A stretch of DNA of 64,000 nucleotides. Source: Guillardia theta CCMP2712 (lineage: Eukaryota; Protista; Cryptophyta). The notes beneath the pieces are model-generated. The model did not search any database, was not told the DNA's origin, and saw only the letters and a program-made list of their open reading frames with translations. The translations under genes were made by a program, and so were the position numbers. Positions 48,601 through 60,164 of this stretch are shown here, piece by piece (positions within the stretch are counted from its first letter, which is position 1; each line of letters opens with the position of its first letter). The stretch is taken from positions 381,821 to 445,820 of the forward strand of contig NW_005434602.1 in the NCBI RefSeq assembly GCF_000315625.1. The letters are read 5' to 3'.

Positions 48601-49649
48601 GCTGTCCCCACTGTCCAGACCGAGAAGAAACCTGGGGTCATGTTCAGCTTGCGTGTCGGCAGTTCCAAGATATGACTCAAAAAGCGCACAATGAAGTCAT
48701 GAAGAAGATCAAGGTAAGACTGCAGCAGAGTTGGAGGAAACAAAGGTTACAGGTCAACACATGGTGGGAATCCCCAATGCACATCGTGATGGAAGCGATG
48801 GGGACATCAATGCACCGAGAAGGGCAATGGATACCAGACGGTTGCTGCTACTTTGCAAGCATCAAACGCATTGTCCTCATCGAATTTGCAAGGACATCGG
48901 AATATGACGGAGTCGAACAAACAAGTCTGGAATGCCTGAAGAAGAAATTTCAGGAAAAGGAAGAGAAATATGCCCCCCTGCGAGCAGAAATCACAGCTTT
49001 GCTACCTGACCATGAAGTGGAACAAGCGACATTCATAGCAGGAGTGAAAGGATCGATCATGGAGAGGGAATGGCATGAGAATTTCAGGATGCTAAGGATG
49101 GAGGACACGGAATGGGAAGGCATCAAGACAGCAGCAATCAAGCAACTGCTGGAGGTACAACACATGCTATGGAAGACAAGGAGGGGAAACGAGTGCACCT
49201 AGGTAGGCGCGGCTCAGGGGCAAGCCACCCACGGAGCACACGAAGGGAAGGAAAACAAGCCTGGCAGCAAGGAGGCAGGAGCGGCTCAAGGTCATGGGCC
49301 GCATGAAGGGAAACAGAGAAGGGCTAGCCAGCCCAGGAGAAGGTACAGCCTGGCCACAGCGGGCGACGGCATGTGGGGGGGGGGAGGGGCAGGAAAGGCA
49401 ACGGTACTTGGCGAAACAAGAAGGGGGACCGGGACCGGAAATTGGAACGGGCCCGGAGGACATCGTTACTGAAAACAGCTAATACGGAAGCAACCAGGCC
49501 TAAGGGGCCTATAGGAAAATGGGCCAACCTCCCAAGGTTGGGAACCCCTTTAGACGGATCATTAGGCGAGAGATGAGCGAAGAGCAATAGTTCTTAGCTA
49601 TGAAACTCTTGACTAAGAGTCTAATAAACTCAAATAATAATAATAATAA
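45670..49649 (+). mobile_element. 5'-truncated non-LTR retrotransposon: RT C-terminus/thumb, RNase H-like, CCHC knuckle, restriction-like endonuclease, 3' CTAATAAACTCA-(TAA)5 tail
   Basis: GLELNTKKS and FKYLG (RT domains 6/7), CPHC...ETWGHVQLAC, and IPDG...LIEF...KEEKY. The tail is followed by TTTAGGG repeats. Confidence 0.88.
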
Positions 49650-49701
49650 TAGGGTTTAGGGTTTAGGGTTTAGGGTTTAGGGTTTAGGGTTTAGGGTTTA
49701 G
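49650..49701 (+). repeat. Interstitial telomeric repeat (TTTAGGG), about 7 copies
   Basis: Read directly from the sequence. Confidence 0.97.
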
Positions 49702-49802
49702 CTGAGCTAGCAAATGGCTGAGCTAGCAATTGGAGTGGTCCAACACATCTTTGACGATCAAACCAACACATCTTTGACGTTCAAACCAATGCCACATGGC
49801 AG

Positions 49803-50530
49803 ATGCAATGGTGCTCAGCCTTCCAACAAGAAGACAACTTCAACTGTGGAGTATTTGTTATGCTACACGCCTTATTGCTCTGCGAGACAAATCAAGAATG
49901 GCTGGCAACGATTGACACAAGGAAAAGGCTAAGACTCCCGCAAGAATGGCTGATGCAAACTAGAGCTCAACTGCTCGAAGCTCTCACCCATCTGGAACAG
50001 ATGGAGGAAACTGCACAGGTAATTTTGCGATCGCTGCTGAGGGAGGAGTGGGTTCAAGAGAGCTCGACATCGACGACAAAGCCTGAGGAAGAGGTACAGC
50101 CGATCGCAATTCAGCGGCCGGCGACCTCCACGAAGCTCCAACCAAGACATTTCGGTGAGGAAATCGAGGAAAACGCACAAACAGGAGAGGAAACCTCCCA
50201 GAGAGAGAAAGAGCGGAGTGGGAAGAGGCAGAATGAGCAAAGGGGCAATGATTGGGCACAGATGCATCGAAAAAGTTCAGACCCAGGTTTCCTCATCTCA
50301 CAAAATGTGAATGGTTGCAACCACTTTGTTCTCAAGCACATCCTCGCGTACTTAATCCAGTCCTTCCAACCTGGGGTCATGCTACTACAAGAGGTAAGGG
50401 TCTCGGCCCGCGACGAGAACAAATTAAGGAAGATGATCAAGGAGAACTGGGCCTGCTACAGAATCTTCCTGGGGCCTGCAAAGATCAATGCGAAGAAGGG
50501 GAAAGGAGACCTGAGGTTGGTAACTCTTTA
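49803..50530 (+). mobile_element. Retrotransposon fragment: Ulp1/C48-type protease C-terminus followed by AP-endonuclease N-terminus
   Basis: QQEDNFNCGVFV (catalytic Cys motif), then LISQNVNG and MLLQEV (APE motifs I/II). Confidence 0.7.
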
Positions 50531-51269
50531 TGAGACCTAGCTCCATAAGCTTCGATTTCAACTTTTCTTCTTGTCGAACAAACATCGAGGAAATCCCTAG
50601 GAGAGTCATGGAGATGAAGGAGGTCCCCTCGGTGCCTTCGGTGCCGATGTATGTCTCGACATTCGGAGTTCTGCTTCTTGGCCTCCTCCATCTGTTGAAT
50701 AAACCATGCTCTCGACTCTGAGCTCCATTCGCTCAGAGAGTCTTCAAACAGGTCGCGTCTCGCCTGCCGACATGTCGAGCGGATGGCTTCAGCGATAGCG
50801 TCGGGAGTGCATCCCCCCTCAGCTCTGCAAGCATAAGCTGTCCGACTATTCGGATAACGCTTGGTGAAGTTCTTCACCTTCTCGACGAGGTCGGCGGCTT
50901 CCTCGACGTGGCCTCCAGAGCGCTCACCCTGCGTGTATTGGCATGATCTCCGATACAGCAGGTTGCGAACGCTCTCATCATACTGTAGTACTATGCTTAG
51001 AAAGCTGTTTGAACTATACGAACCTCTTGCTCGCAGCTTCCACCGGTCCCCTTGCGCTCTCCCTACGCGCCGCAGAGCAGCATGCCTCTGTCAGGGGCCC
51101 GGTGCCTCTGTCAGGGGCCCGGTGCCTCTGTCAGGGGCCCGGTGCCTCTGTCAGGGGCCCGGTGCCTCTCAGTCTGTCAGGGGCCCGGTGCCTCTGTCAG
51201 GGGCCCGGTGCCTCTGTCAGGGGCCCGGTGCCTCTGTCAGGGGCCCGGTGCCTCTGTCAGGGGCCCGGT
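50530..51269 (-). mobile_element. 5' part of a single-ORF element with nine 20-bp terminal repeats (51083-51268)
   Basis: Unit TGCCTCTGTCAGGGGCCCGG. The ORF fragment KNFTKRYPNSRTA...AIAEAIRSTC is homologous to 57075-59249. Confidence 0.75.
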
Positions 51270-51303
51270 CCTAAACCCTAAACCCTAAACCCTAAACCCT
51301 AAA
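51270..51303 (-). repeat. Interstitial telomeric repeat (CCCTAAA), about 5 copies
   Basis: Read directly from the sequence. Confidence 0.97.
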
Positions 51304-51703
51304 TTCTCGGGAGGACAATGGTCCCTCTCTGCAGCCCAACTTGGGTTCTAGCGCGCTCACTCGTATACCTCGTGCCTTGAAGCCATGCTATTTGAAATCT
51401 GTCTTCCGCTGGTTCTAAATTTTGATTTGCCTCGGCGATTAATGCCTCCATTACGTCTTCTGAAAGGAATGCCGCCTCTCCTGAATTGAGCAGCGCCGCT
51501 GCTCCGTATTCTTTATTGTTTTCTCGTCGACTCCAGGGAATCTCCCCTATCAAGTCGAATGATTTTCTGTCTCTGTTTTTGTGGATTTTTTGCTTTGTCA
51601 TTGTTTTTTTTTTTTTTCTCACCTTCTTGTCTCTGTTTGCTTGCTTCCACCACACCCTTGTCCCGACTGTCCCACCTGCCCTCTCCTCCTCCTCCTGCTT
51701 CCA

Positions 51704-53968
51704 TTAGGCGTCAAGCGGCGCGGTTGGGGAGGAGTCAAGCGACATCTCTTCCACTTCTACCGCTTTGCTCCCTGCCTCGGGTGCATCTTCCACTCGCGCG
51801 TCTTCCATCTGTATCTCACTGCTCAAAACAAGTTTCAATTCGTTTCTATCTCCCAGCATTCCTACGAGGGAGAGCGCCGTTTCCTCCAGGAATTTATTCA
51901 AAGCAATGAAGAGAAGGTCAGTTTTCAATGGCTTCTCTTCATTTGGTGCGAAAGCGCTGTTCTTGCGCTTCGCTACCTTCCACGTATGCTTGCCTGCGAT
52001 CACCCTGACTCGATCTCGCAGTCGCTTGCTCATGGCATTCTCTGCCTCGTTGGCACCCTTATCAGCCCACTCTTGCAGCGTGGGGAAGGATGCATTTCCT
52101 GGGCTCTCCGGAGCCATCTCTTGCACCGCGTCATCAAGATGGAGTTGAAGCTGCCCTTGCTGTTGCAGCTCGCTCCTACTTACGTCAGCAATAGCTTCCT
52201 TAAGTTCTTCGACGACCACGTCCGTTCCCGCATCTGGGAGGTTGGTTTCATTGATAATGGAACTGAGCTCAATCTCTTTCCACACCGTTCCTTCTGCTCT
52301 GGTCCCCGTCGCTTGTGACCTGGCCTCAGGGTTAGACTGATCGCGAGTTGCCTGAGGCGACACTTGGAGGTTCAGACTGCTCGCTGTCGTTTGGATTTCA
52401 ACTGTGCCTTGCCAGCAGAGGAGCTGTGTGGGGAATTCAGCCATCATCTTTCTTGCACTACTTTCATTTCGTAGCCGGAGAATGATACCAGACCCATCCC
52501 AGATCCCCGTTTCTGGATCGCATTGGAGGTGGATCCGTTGGAGATCTTTTTCCACCTGTGGATCCCAGCAAGCAACAGCCCTCCGGATGTTTCGGATGAC
52601 TTTTGCTCTGCCCGTTTCATCACTTGCGCAGATTTTTTCAATCTCATTTCGGGAGAACTTCCCTGACGGCACAGGAGAGGAGATTTGCACTGAGTACAGC
52701 ATCTCTGCTCCCGTTGCCATTGCCGTGCCCTCTTGTCGCACCGCATTCTTCATATTCTTGTGCAGCGCCGTTGCTTCCATCTGCACTGAGAACCATTTCA
52801 GTATTTTGTCATTCTCTGAGACCAGTCCCAAAGTGACTCCTGCACGATCCTTTCCATGTCTATCGAATGCTTGAAGAACGATGTCCGCTGCTTCAAGGCT
52901 CGGGCACGTTGCGATCCAGTCGACCTCTCTGTTCTGGTTGACTGTTTCTATTCCTACCGCAGCGAACACCTTCTTTGGCGGCAGGTTCCTCTTGGGGGGG
53001 AGGTTCACTGTCATTCCCGCGTTTGGGATCAGATCAATGATCGCTAATCCCTGCTTCAGGCATAGCTGGCTGTAGATCTCACATATGTCACCTGTGCTCG
53101 AATCGTTGAGCATCAGGAGTTGGGCCACCTCAGCTAGGATTCCAACTCTGCCCATGTTCTCCTTCTTTGGCCGCATCTTGAACGAGATCGGTGGGTTGGC
53201 TGCTGGGTTCACTGCTAGAATCCTCCTGCCTGCCACCTTGAAGGTACCTTCTCCTTTCCAGAGTTTCTCAGCCGCCTCATTGCGGACAAATGTGATCACT
53301 GCTGGGATCTCCGCTGCCTGCACAAGGTCAGGCTTCAAGGGAGCCTTGAAGATCAGGCTCCTGCTGTCTTGCGTCTGATCTACGATCAAGCCTTGCTCTT
53401 CAAGCTTGAGGCATAAGTTTTCCACCTGTCTGGAAAAGTATGCAGGGATCCCAAGTACCTTCATGGTAATCGTCTGCACATTGGTGCCCTGATCATCATA
53501 TGATCTGGCCTCCATCTGCCTTTGTCTGTCAGCTTGGAACTCTGACAGGTACCACTGCCTGACATCGTCACCCCACTGCCTGAGCCCTTTCGGATTCTCC
53601 AGTGACGAGGGTTCAGCAAAGCTGCATGTCTGACTGATGGCTTCGGCTAAGGCTTCCAAGGATATTTCTTTGGCTTTCAGAGCTTTGCTCGTCCTGCTTT
53701 TGGGGTTCTGCCTTGCGAATTCATCCAGTCTCCGCATCAGTTCGGCTGATGACGGCATCGTTGCGGCTTCCGTCTGCCGGGTAGCTGGAGGTACGGTACT
53801 GCACGATCTCGTCAGGGTTCACAATAGATATTGGCCACATGTTTCGAAGCATTCTCGATGGTTTCCCGAGCTTCCTGCGTTCCTGGCGACTCTTGCTCTA
53901 CCACGCAGGGATCCCGCTGATCTGCATGCCTCAGATAAAGGGATCCTGCCTCAGATAAAGGGATCCTG
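51704..53968 (-). mobile_element. Single-ORF element type B (684-aa ORF 51704-53758)
   Basis: Distant paralog of type A (FKAPLKP...FVRNEAAEKLWKG; GKFSRNEIE; LLFIALNKF). The 5' end has two 20-bp repeats abutting telomeric repeats. Confidence 0.75.
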
Positions 53969-53992
53969 CTAAACCCTAAACCCTAAACCCTA
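53969..53992 (-). repeat. Interstitial telomeric repeat (CCCTAAA), about 3.5 copies
   Basis: Read directly from the sequence. Confidence 0.95.
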
Positions 53993-56636
53993 GTAGTAGT
54001 AGTAGTAGTTGAGTTTATTAGAATGCTAGGTAGTTTGCATGGTTTGTTATCACCTTGCACTATTCTAGTCTAACAGGGATCTCGTGACCTGGCAGTTCGG
54101 CCCGACTTGGCTGGCCCTTATGGCAGCCGTGCTTCTGCTCTGCTCCCTCCTCTGCTATACTTCAGTGGTCTTCCCCGGCCTCAGCCAGTGGAGTTTCCTC
54201 CGCCGGCCTTGGTCTGGGTCGTCCGTGCTTTCAACTTGTGTTGCTTCCTCGGCTCCGACACCCCTTGACGGTCTCGGCCGGCCTTCGGCCAGTGAGTGGA
54301 TGAAGGATGGGTTGGTAGGTGGAATGCGTATGGGTCCCTGGGACTCACGTCCCTTCCCCGGGGCCTCGGTCCGGACCGGGCCCGAGAGCCCGGCCGGCCT
54401 CCGCCCGGCCTCCTCCTCCCGGCCCCCCTCCCCCCTCTCCCACCGGCTTACCTGCCCTTACCTTCGTTGCTTGCCCCATGTCCACCTCATTTATTTCTTC
54501 CTCCTTCCCCCCATGGGGCCAACAGCTCCGCTCCGCCTCTTGTCCACCTCTAAGACTTGACTCGAGCCTCAAGCGCGCGAGGGGCCTGCACCGGCCTCCT
54601 CCTCCACGCCCTCGCCCTCCTCAGCCTCCATGTCGACTTCCTCCCTCATCATCAGCCGCAGTCGGTCTTGCTTGTCGACCTTGCCCGTGCAGCTCAACCC
54701 ATGGTTCTCAGCAAATTTACTGATCGCAAGAAACAAGAGGCTTACAGATCGACTCTCGATGTCATCGCTCTCGGCCTCCTGCTCGAGCGCATCAGTCGCT
54801 GCTGCCCTTCAAGATGGAGTTGAAGCTGCCCTTGCTGTTGCAGCTCGCTCCTACTTACGTCAGCAATAGCTTCCTTAAGTTCTTCGACGACCACGTCCGT
54901 TCCCGCATCTGGGAGGTTGGTTTCATTGATAATGGAACTGAGCTCAATCTCTTTCCACACCGTTCCTTCTGCTCTGGTCCCCCTGGCCTCAGGGTTAGAC
55001 TGATCGCGAGTTGCCTGAGGCGACACTTGGAGGTTCAGACTGCTCGCTGTCGTTTGGATTTCAACTGTGCCTTGCCAGCAGAGGAGCTGTGTGGGGAATT
55101 CAGCCATCATCTTTCTTGCACTACTTTCATTTCGTAGCCGGAGAATGATACCAGACCCATCCCAGATCCCCGTTTCTGGATCGCATTGGAGGTGGATCCG
55201 TTGGAGATCTTTTTCCACCTGTGGATCCCAGCAAGCAACAGCCCTCCGGATGTTTCGGATGACTTTTGCTCTGCCCGTTTCATCACTTGCGCAGATTTTT
55301 TCAATCTCATTTCGGGAGAACTTCCCTGACGGCACAGGAGAGGAGATTTGTACCGAGTACAGCATCTCTGCTCCCGTTGCCATTGCCGTGCCCTCTTGTC
55401 GCACCGCATTCTTCATATTCTTGTGCAGCGCCGTTGCTTCCATCTGCACTGAGAACCATTTCAGTATTTTGTCATTCTCTGAGACCAGTCCCAAAGTGAC
55501 TCCTGCACGATCCTTTCCATGTCTATCGAATGCTTGAAGAACGATGTCCGCTGCTTCAAGGCTCGGGCACGTTGCGATCCAGTCGACCTCTCTGTTCTGG
55601 TTGACTGTTTCTATTCCTACCGCAGCGAACACCTTCTTTGGCGGCAGGTTCCTCTTGGGGGGGAGGTTCACTGTCATTCCCGCGTTTGGGATCAGATCAA
55701 TGATCGCTAATCCCTGCTTCAGGCATAGCTGGCTGTAGATCTCACATATGTCACCTGTGCTCGAATCGTTGAGCATCAGGAGTTGGGCCACCTCAGCTAG
55801 GATTCCAACTCTGCCCATGTTCTCCTTCTTTGGCCGCATCTTGAACGAGATCGGTGGGTTGGCTGCTGGGTTCACTGCTAGAATCCTCCTGCCTGCCACC
55901 TTGAAGGTACCATCTCCTTTCCAGAGTTTCTCAGCCGCCTCATTGCGGACAAATGTGATCACTGCTGGGATCTCCGCTGCCTGCACAAGGTCAGGCTTCA
56001 AGGGAGCCTTGAAGATCAGGCTCCTGCTGTCTTGCGTCTGATCGACGATCAAGCCTTGCTCTTCAAGCTTGAGGCATAAGTTTTCCACCTGTCTGGAAAA
56101 GTATGCAGGGATCCCAAGTACCTTCATGGTAATCGTCTGCACATTGGTGCCCTGATCATCATATGATCTGGCCTCCATCTGCCTTTGTCTGTCAGCTTGG
56201 AACTCTGACAGGTACCACTGCCTGACATCGTCACCCCACTGCCTGAACCCTTTCGGATTCTCCAGTGACGAGGGTTCAGCAAAGCTGCATGTCTGACTGA
56301 TGGCTTCGGCTAAGGCTTCCAAGGAAATTTCTTTGGCTTTCAGAGCTTTGCTCGTCCTGCTTTTGGGGTTCTGCCTTGCGAATTCATCCAGTCTCCGCAT
56401 CAGTTCGGCTGATGACGGCATCGTTGCGGCTTCCGTCTGCCTCTTGAGGTAGCTGGAGGTACGGTACTGCACGATCTCGTCAGGGTTCACAATAGATATT
56501 GGCCACATGTTTCGAAGCATTCTCGATGGTTTCCCGAGCTTCCTGCGTTCCTGGCGACTCTTGCTCTACCACGCAGGGATCCCGCTGATCTGCATGCCTC
56601 AGATAAAGGGATCCTGCCTCAGATAAAGGGATCCTG
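53993..56636 (-). mobile_element. Recombinant single-ORF element (type B 5' part, type C 3' end) with CTAATAAACTCA-(TAC)n tail
   Basis: 54810-56636 is nearly identical to 52134-53968. 54660-54808 matches the type C C-terminus. The tail is at 53993-54021. Confidence 0.75.
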
Positions 56637-56660
56637 CTAAACCCTAAACCCTAAACCCTA
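56637..56660 (-). repeat. Interstitial telomeric repeat (CCCTAAA), about 3.5 copies
   Basis: Read directly from the sequence. Confidence 0.95.
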
Positions 56661-59326
56661 TTATTATTATTATGTGAGTTTATTAGAATGCTAGAATGTT
56701 GCTCGGCCTCGTTGTGGGCTTATGCAATTTGATCCTAGTCTAAAGAGGCGCTCGAGCACTGGGAGTACACGGCCTACAATGCGAACCCTGCTTCTGAGGC
56801 GTCTTTCTACTCTCTACTTCTGCTGTCTTCTCTTGGCTTCCTCAGCCTCAGTCAGGAGAGTTGCCTCTCCTCACCTTGGCCTTCGGTCACCACCTACTCT
56901 ACCTCCATTCAGCTTCCTCAGCCTCAGTCAGAAGAGTTGCCTCTCCTCACCTTGGCCTTCGGTCGCCACCTACTCGTCCTCCATTCAGCTTCCTCAGCTT
57001 CAGTCAGGAGAGTTGCCTCTCCTCACCTTGGCCTTCGGTCGCCTCCTACCTTCTCTCCTTACCTTGGGCTCAGCTCAAGCTCGGTACGGGCTCGCCCCGT
57101 CTTCTTCCTCGCCCTCGCCTTGCTCTTCCTCCATGTCTTCCTCTTCTTCGTCATCTTCCCTCATCTCCACTCGCAGTCGGTCCTTCTTGTCCACCTTCAG
57201 CGAGCAGGCCAGCACATGCATCTCTGCGAATTTACTCAGTGCTATGAACAGGAGGCTAAGAGATCGACGCTCTATGTCGTCGCTCTCCGCCTCCTGCTCA
57301 AGCTCAGCAGCTGCCGTTGCCCGTGGCGAGAACGCGCTGCCCCTCCTTGCCTTCTTGCTCTCTCCTTGCACGCGAGTCCAGCGCTTGCTCTGCAGCCACT
57401 TCCCCAGCTTCTCCTTGAGAACGTTGCGCCCAACTCCCTGCTCCTCTGGCATCTTCGCCCACTCTCCCAGCGACATGAACTCCAGGCTCCCCGGAGAGTA
57501 GAACGTGTCGTGGAGGTTGCCAACGGCCTTGTCCAGGACCAGCTTGATCGGCTCGCTCGTCCCTGCCTCGTTCAAAGAAGCTGCATCTTCGATGACTGCT
57601 GACAGCTCGCTGACGAGCTGCATGTCCTCTTGGCTTGACGGAGATGCTGCCTCCATTGTGATCCTCTCCAGGTCTGTAAACTCCAGCCACTCTCCCTCGC
57701 TCTCCTCCTGTCGCTGCGCTGCGTCGCTGGTGCCCCGCTGACCAGCCGCCTCAGAGTCAGGCTCCTTGTCGAAGCCGACTGCTTCGAGCTTGGTTGCTGC
57801 GCCTTCGAGATAGAAGGGCAGCTCCTTCATCATGCGTCGAGCATCCTCCGTGGAGCCGAGGAGGATGCATAGCTTGGACCCGTTCCAGGACTTGGTGTTC
57901 AAATCCTCCTCCATGTCGATGCCTTCAACGTTGATCTCGAGCCTGTTAGCGATCTCCAACAGGACTCTCTTGACTCTTGCGATAGACGTGTTGCCGCCGT
58001 TGCACAGCCCCTCCATCTCCTTCCTCGTGAAGCGACCAGATGCCGCCGTCGACTTGATGATGATCTTGATCTCCTTGCCGTCCTTGCCGCCTGCCTTCTT
58101 CTGCATCCTTGATGCCTTCTTCAACTTATTTCTGGACACAAAGCGATCAGCTGTCAACTCGACTGCGAGCGCCTCTCTGATCTTCGGGTCCTCGCTGAAC
58201 AGAGTCAGGTGTACTCCCTCCATCGCTTCGCTCTCTCGGAAAGCTCGAAATGCTGTATCATTCGCCTCTGGGCAGCTCGAGGAGACGATCCACTCCACCT
58301 CCCTCTGTCTCCAGATGACGTTGGCCCCTACAGCGATGAAGCCTTTCTGACCTAAGCCTTTGTGGACTTGCTGTCCTGGCGCCCCAGCGACCAGCATGCC
58401 TGCCAGCGGCTGGAGTTGGACCGCTGCAAGGGACTGGCGCAGCAGCTGATAGCGATAGACGGCAGCTATCTCAGCCGTTGTCATGCCGCCCAAGGTTAGC
58501 AGGTGAGTCAGCTCTGCCAAGCTGCCCCCTTTGCCCCAGGGTCCTCTCTTGGCTCGAATCTTGAAAGATCTATCGTGCACGATGCTCACATGTACAGCTG
58601 TGAACTTGCGACCATCGATCGCGAAGTCCTCTCTTCCCTGCCAGAGCTTCTCCGCTTGTGCATTGCGGAGGAAGGAAACAGTCACCGGGATCTCCTCAGC
58701 ACTCGCTATCTCGGGTCTATACGGAGCCTTCCACATGATTGCTTTACTCTCTTGCACTGAGTCTACGATCAGTCCGATCTCTTCAAATTTCTTCTTCAGC
58801 TTTTCTTCATGGTTGACATACACCGAGGAGATGCCCAGGAGAGTCATGGAGATGAAGGAAGTCACCTCGTTGCCTGCTGAGGCGGTGTATGTCTCGACCT
58901 TCTCCTTCTTGGCTTCTTCAATCTGCTGCATAAACCACTCTCTGGATGCGTCACTCCATCCAGTCATCGCTTCTTGCAGAAGCTCACGTCGTGCCTGCTG
59001 ACATGTCGAGCGGATGGCTTCTGCGATAGCGTCGGGGGTGCATCCCTCCACAGCCTTGCAAGCCTGGGCTGTCCTGCTGTTCGGATAACGCTTCGCGAAG
59101 CTCTTCACCCTCTCGACGAGATCAGCTTCGAGGACAGAGGCATCCACAAGTCCGCTCTGCGTGTATTGGCATGATCTCCGATACAGCAGGTTGCGAACAT
59201 TTTCATCATACTGAAGAACCATACTTAGAAAGCTATTTGAAGTATACAAACCTCTCGCTTGCAGCTTCCTTGGCGCCCTGGCAGCTTCCCCTACACCACG
59301 CGTGCAGCCATGGTGCCTGAAATAAC
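56661..59326 (-). mobile_element. Apparently full-length type A single-ORF element (724-aa ORF 57075-59249) flanked by telomeric repeats on both sides
   Basis: Intact ORF, three 76-bp 3' UTR repeats and a CTAATAAACTCA-CA-(TAA)4 tail. No RT motifs. Confidence 0.8.
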
Positions 59327-59347
59327 CCCTAAACCCTAAACCCTAAA
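59327..59347 (-). repeat. Interstitial telomeric repeat (CCCTAAA), 3 copies
   Basis: Read directly from the sequence. Confidence 0.95.
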
Positions 59348-59799
59348 ACTCGCAACGCTCGAGAGTGTGACCCACCCTACGCGACAACGAGGTTTGGAAT
59401 GGAAATAATGGCCCGGGGTCAAAGGCGTGGCGATTCAAACCCAAATCAGCCACCCCACTCGAGTACAAGACTCTAGCTCAGGTGGGTGCTGTTTGACCAC
59501 GCGTTCGAATCCTAACGGTAATCGAAGAGATTGCTTTTCAGCGTCAATTCCACTACCAGAATGCCCAAGACTTTTATGATTCTCGCCCACTCCTCAGAAA
59601 TCAGACTACCTACCCTGACATGATCTCTTGTGAAACATACCGGTGGTGTAGAGGTGATAGTCGAGGGAGCACTGCCAGCCCACGGGAATTGCTGACATTG
59701 ACAGTACAAACTTAGTACGGAGGGGGAAAGGGGATCCTGATACAAAAATCCTTGAACCCGGTAAAACTCAATTATACCTCGGTACAAACAGGCAAGCCT

Positions 59800-60160
59800 G
59801 GTACAAACAAATCCAGTCGAGAACCCAATGGAATGATATGAGAGTTTCCTGTGTGCGGAAAGGTCCGCAAGGAATTTCTCGAATCTCTCGTCTGCTTTTG
59901 CGGTGATAGATGAGGGGGAATATCCTCTCCGCATTGGTATTGTTGTGTTGGTTCTTGCTGCATTAAAGTCTCCGGCTATGATGTGTGTCTCTCTCGTTTC
60001 CAGAGCGAGGTGTAGCAGCTCGGCCCATAGTTCCCCTTGCTCTCGGATTGCATTCTCCGCAGGTACCTGATGGAGGTTCGTGATCAAGAAAGAATTTTTC
60101 CCTGTTCCGACTTTGATCGAAAACACTCGATTTCGGTATTTCTTTTCTTTGTTGCACGCA
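59800..60160 (-). mobile_element. AP-endonuclease fragment of a non-LTR retrotransposon
   Basis: FLITNLH...HIIAGDFNA motif. Confidence 0.7.
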
Positions 60161-60164
60161 TGGG

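Noticed and set aside
50861-51288. Three overlapping + strand ORFs (CQGPGASVRGPVPLSGAR)
   Set aside because: Translation artefacts of the 20-bp repeat.
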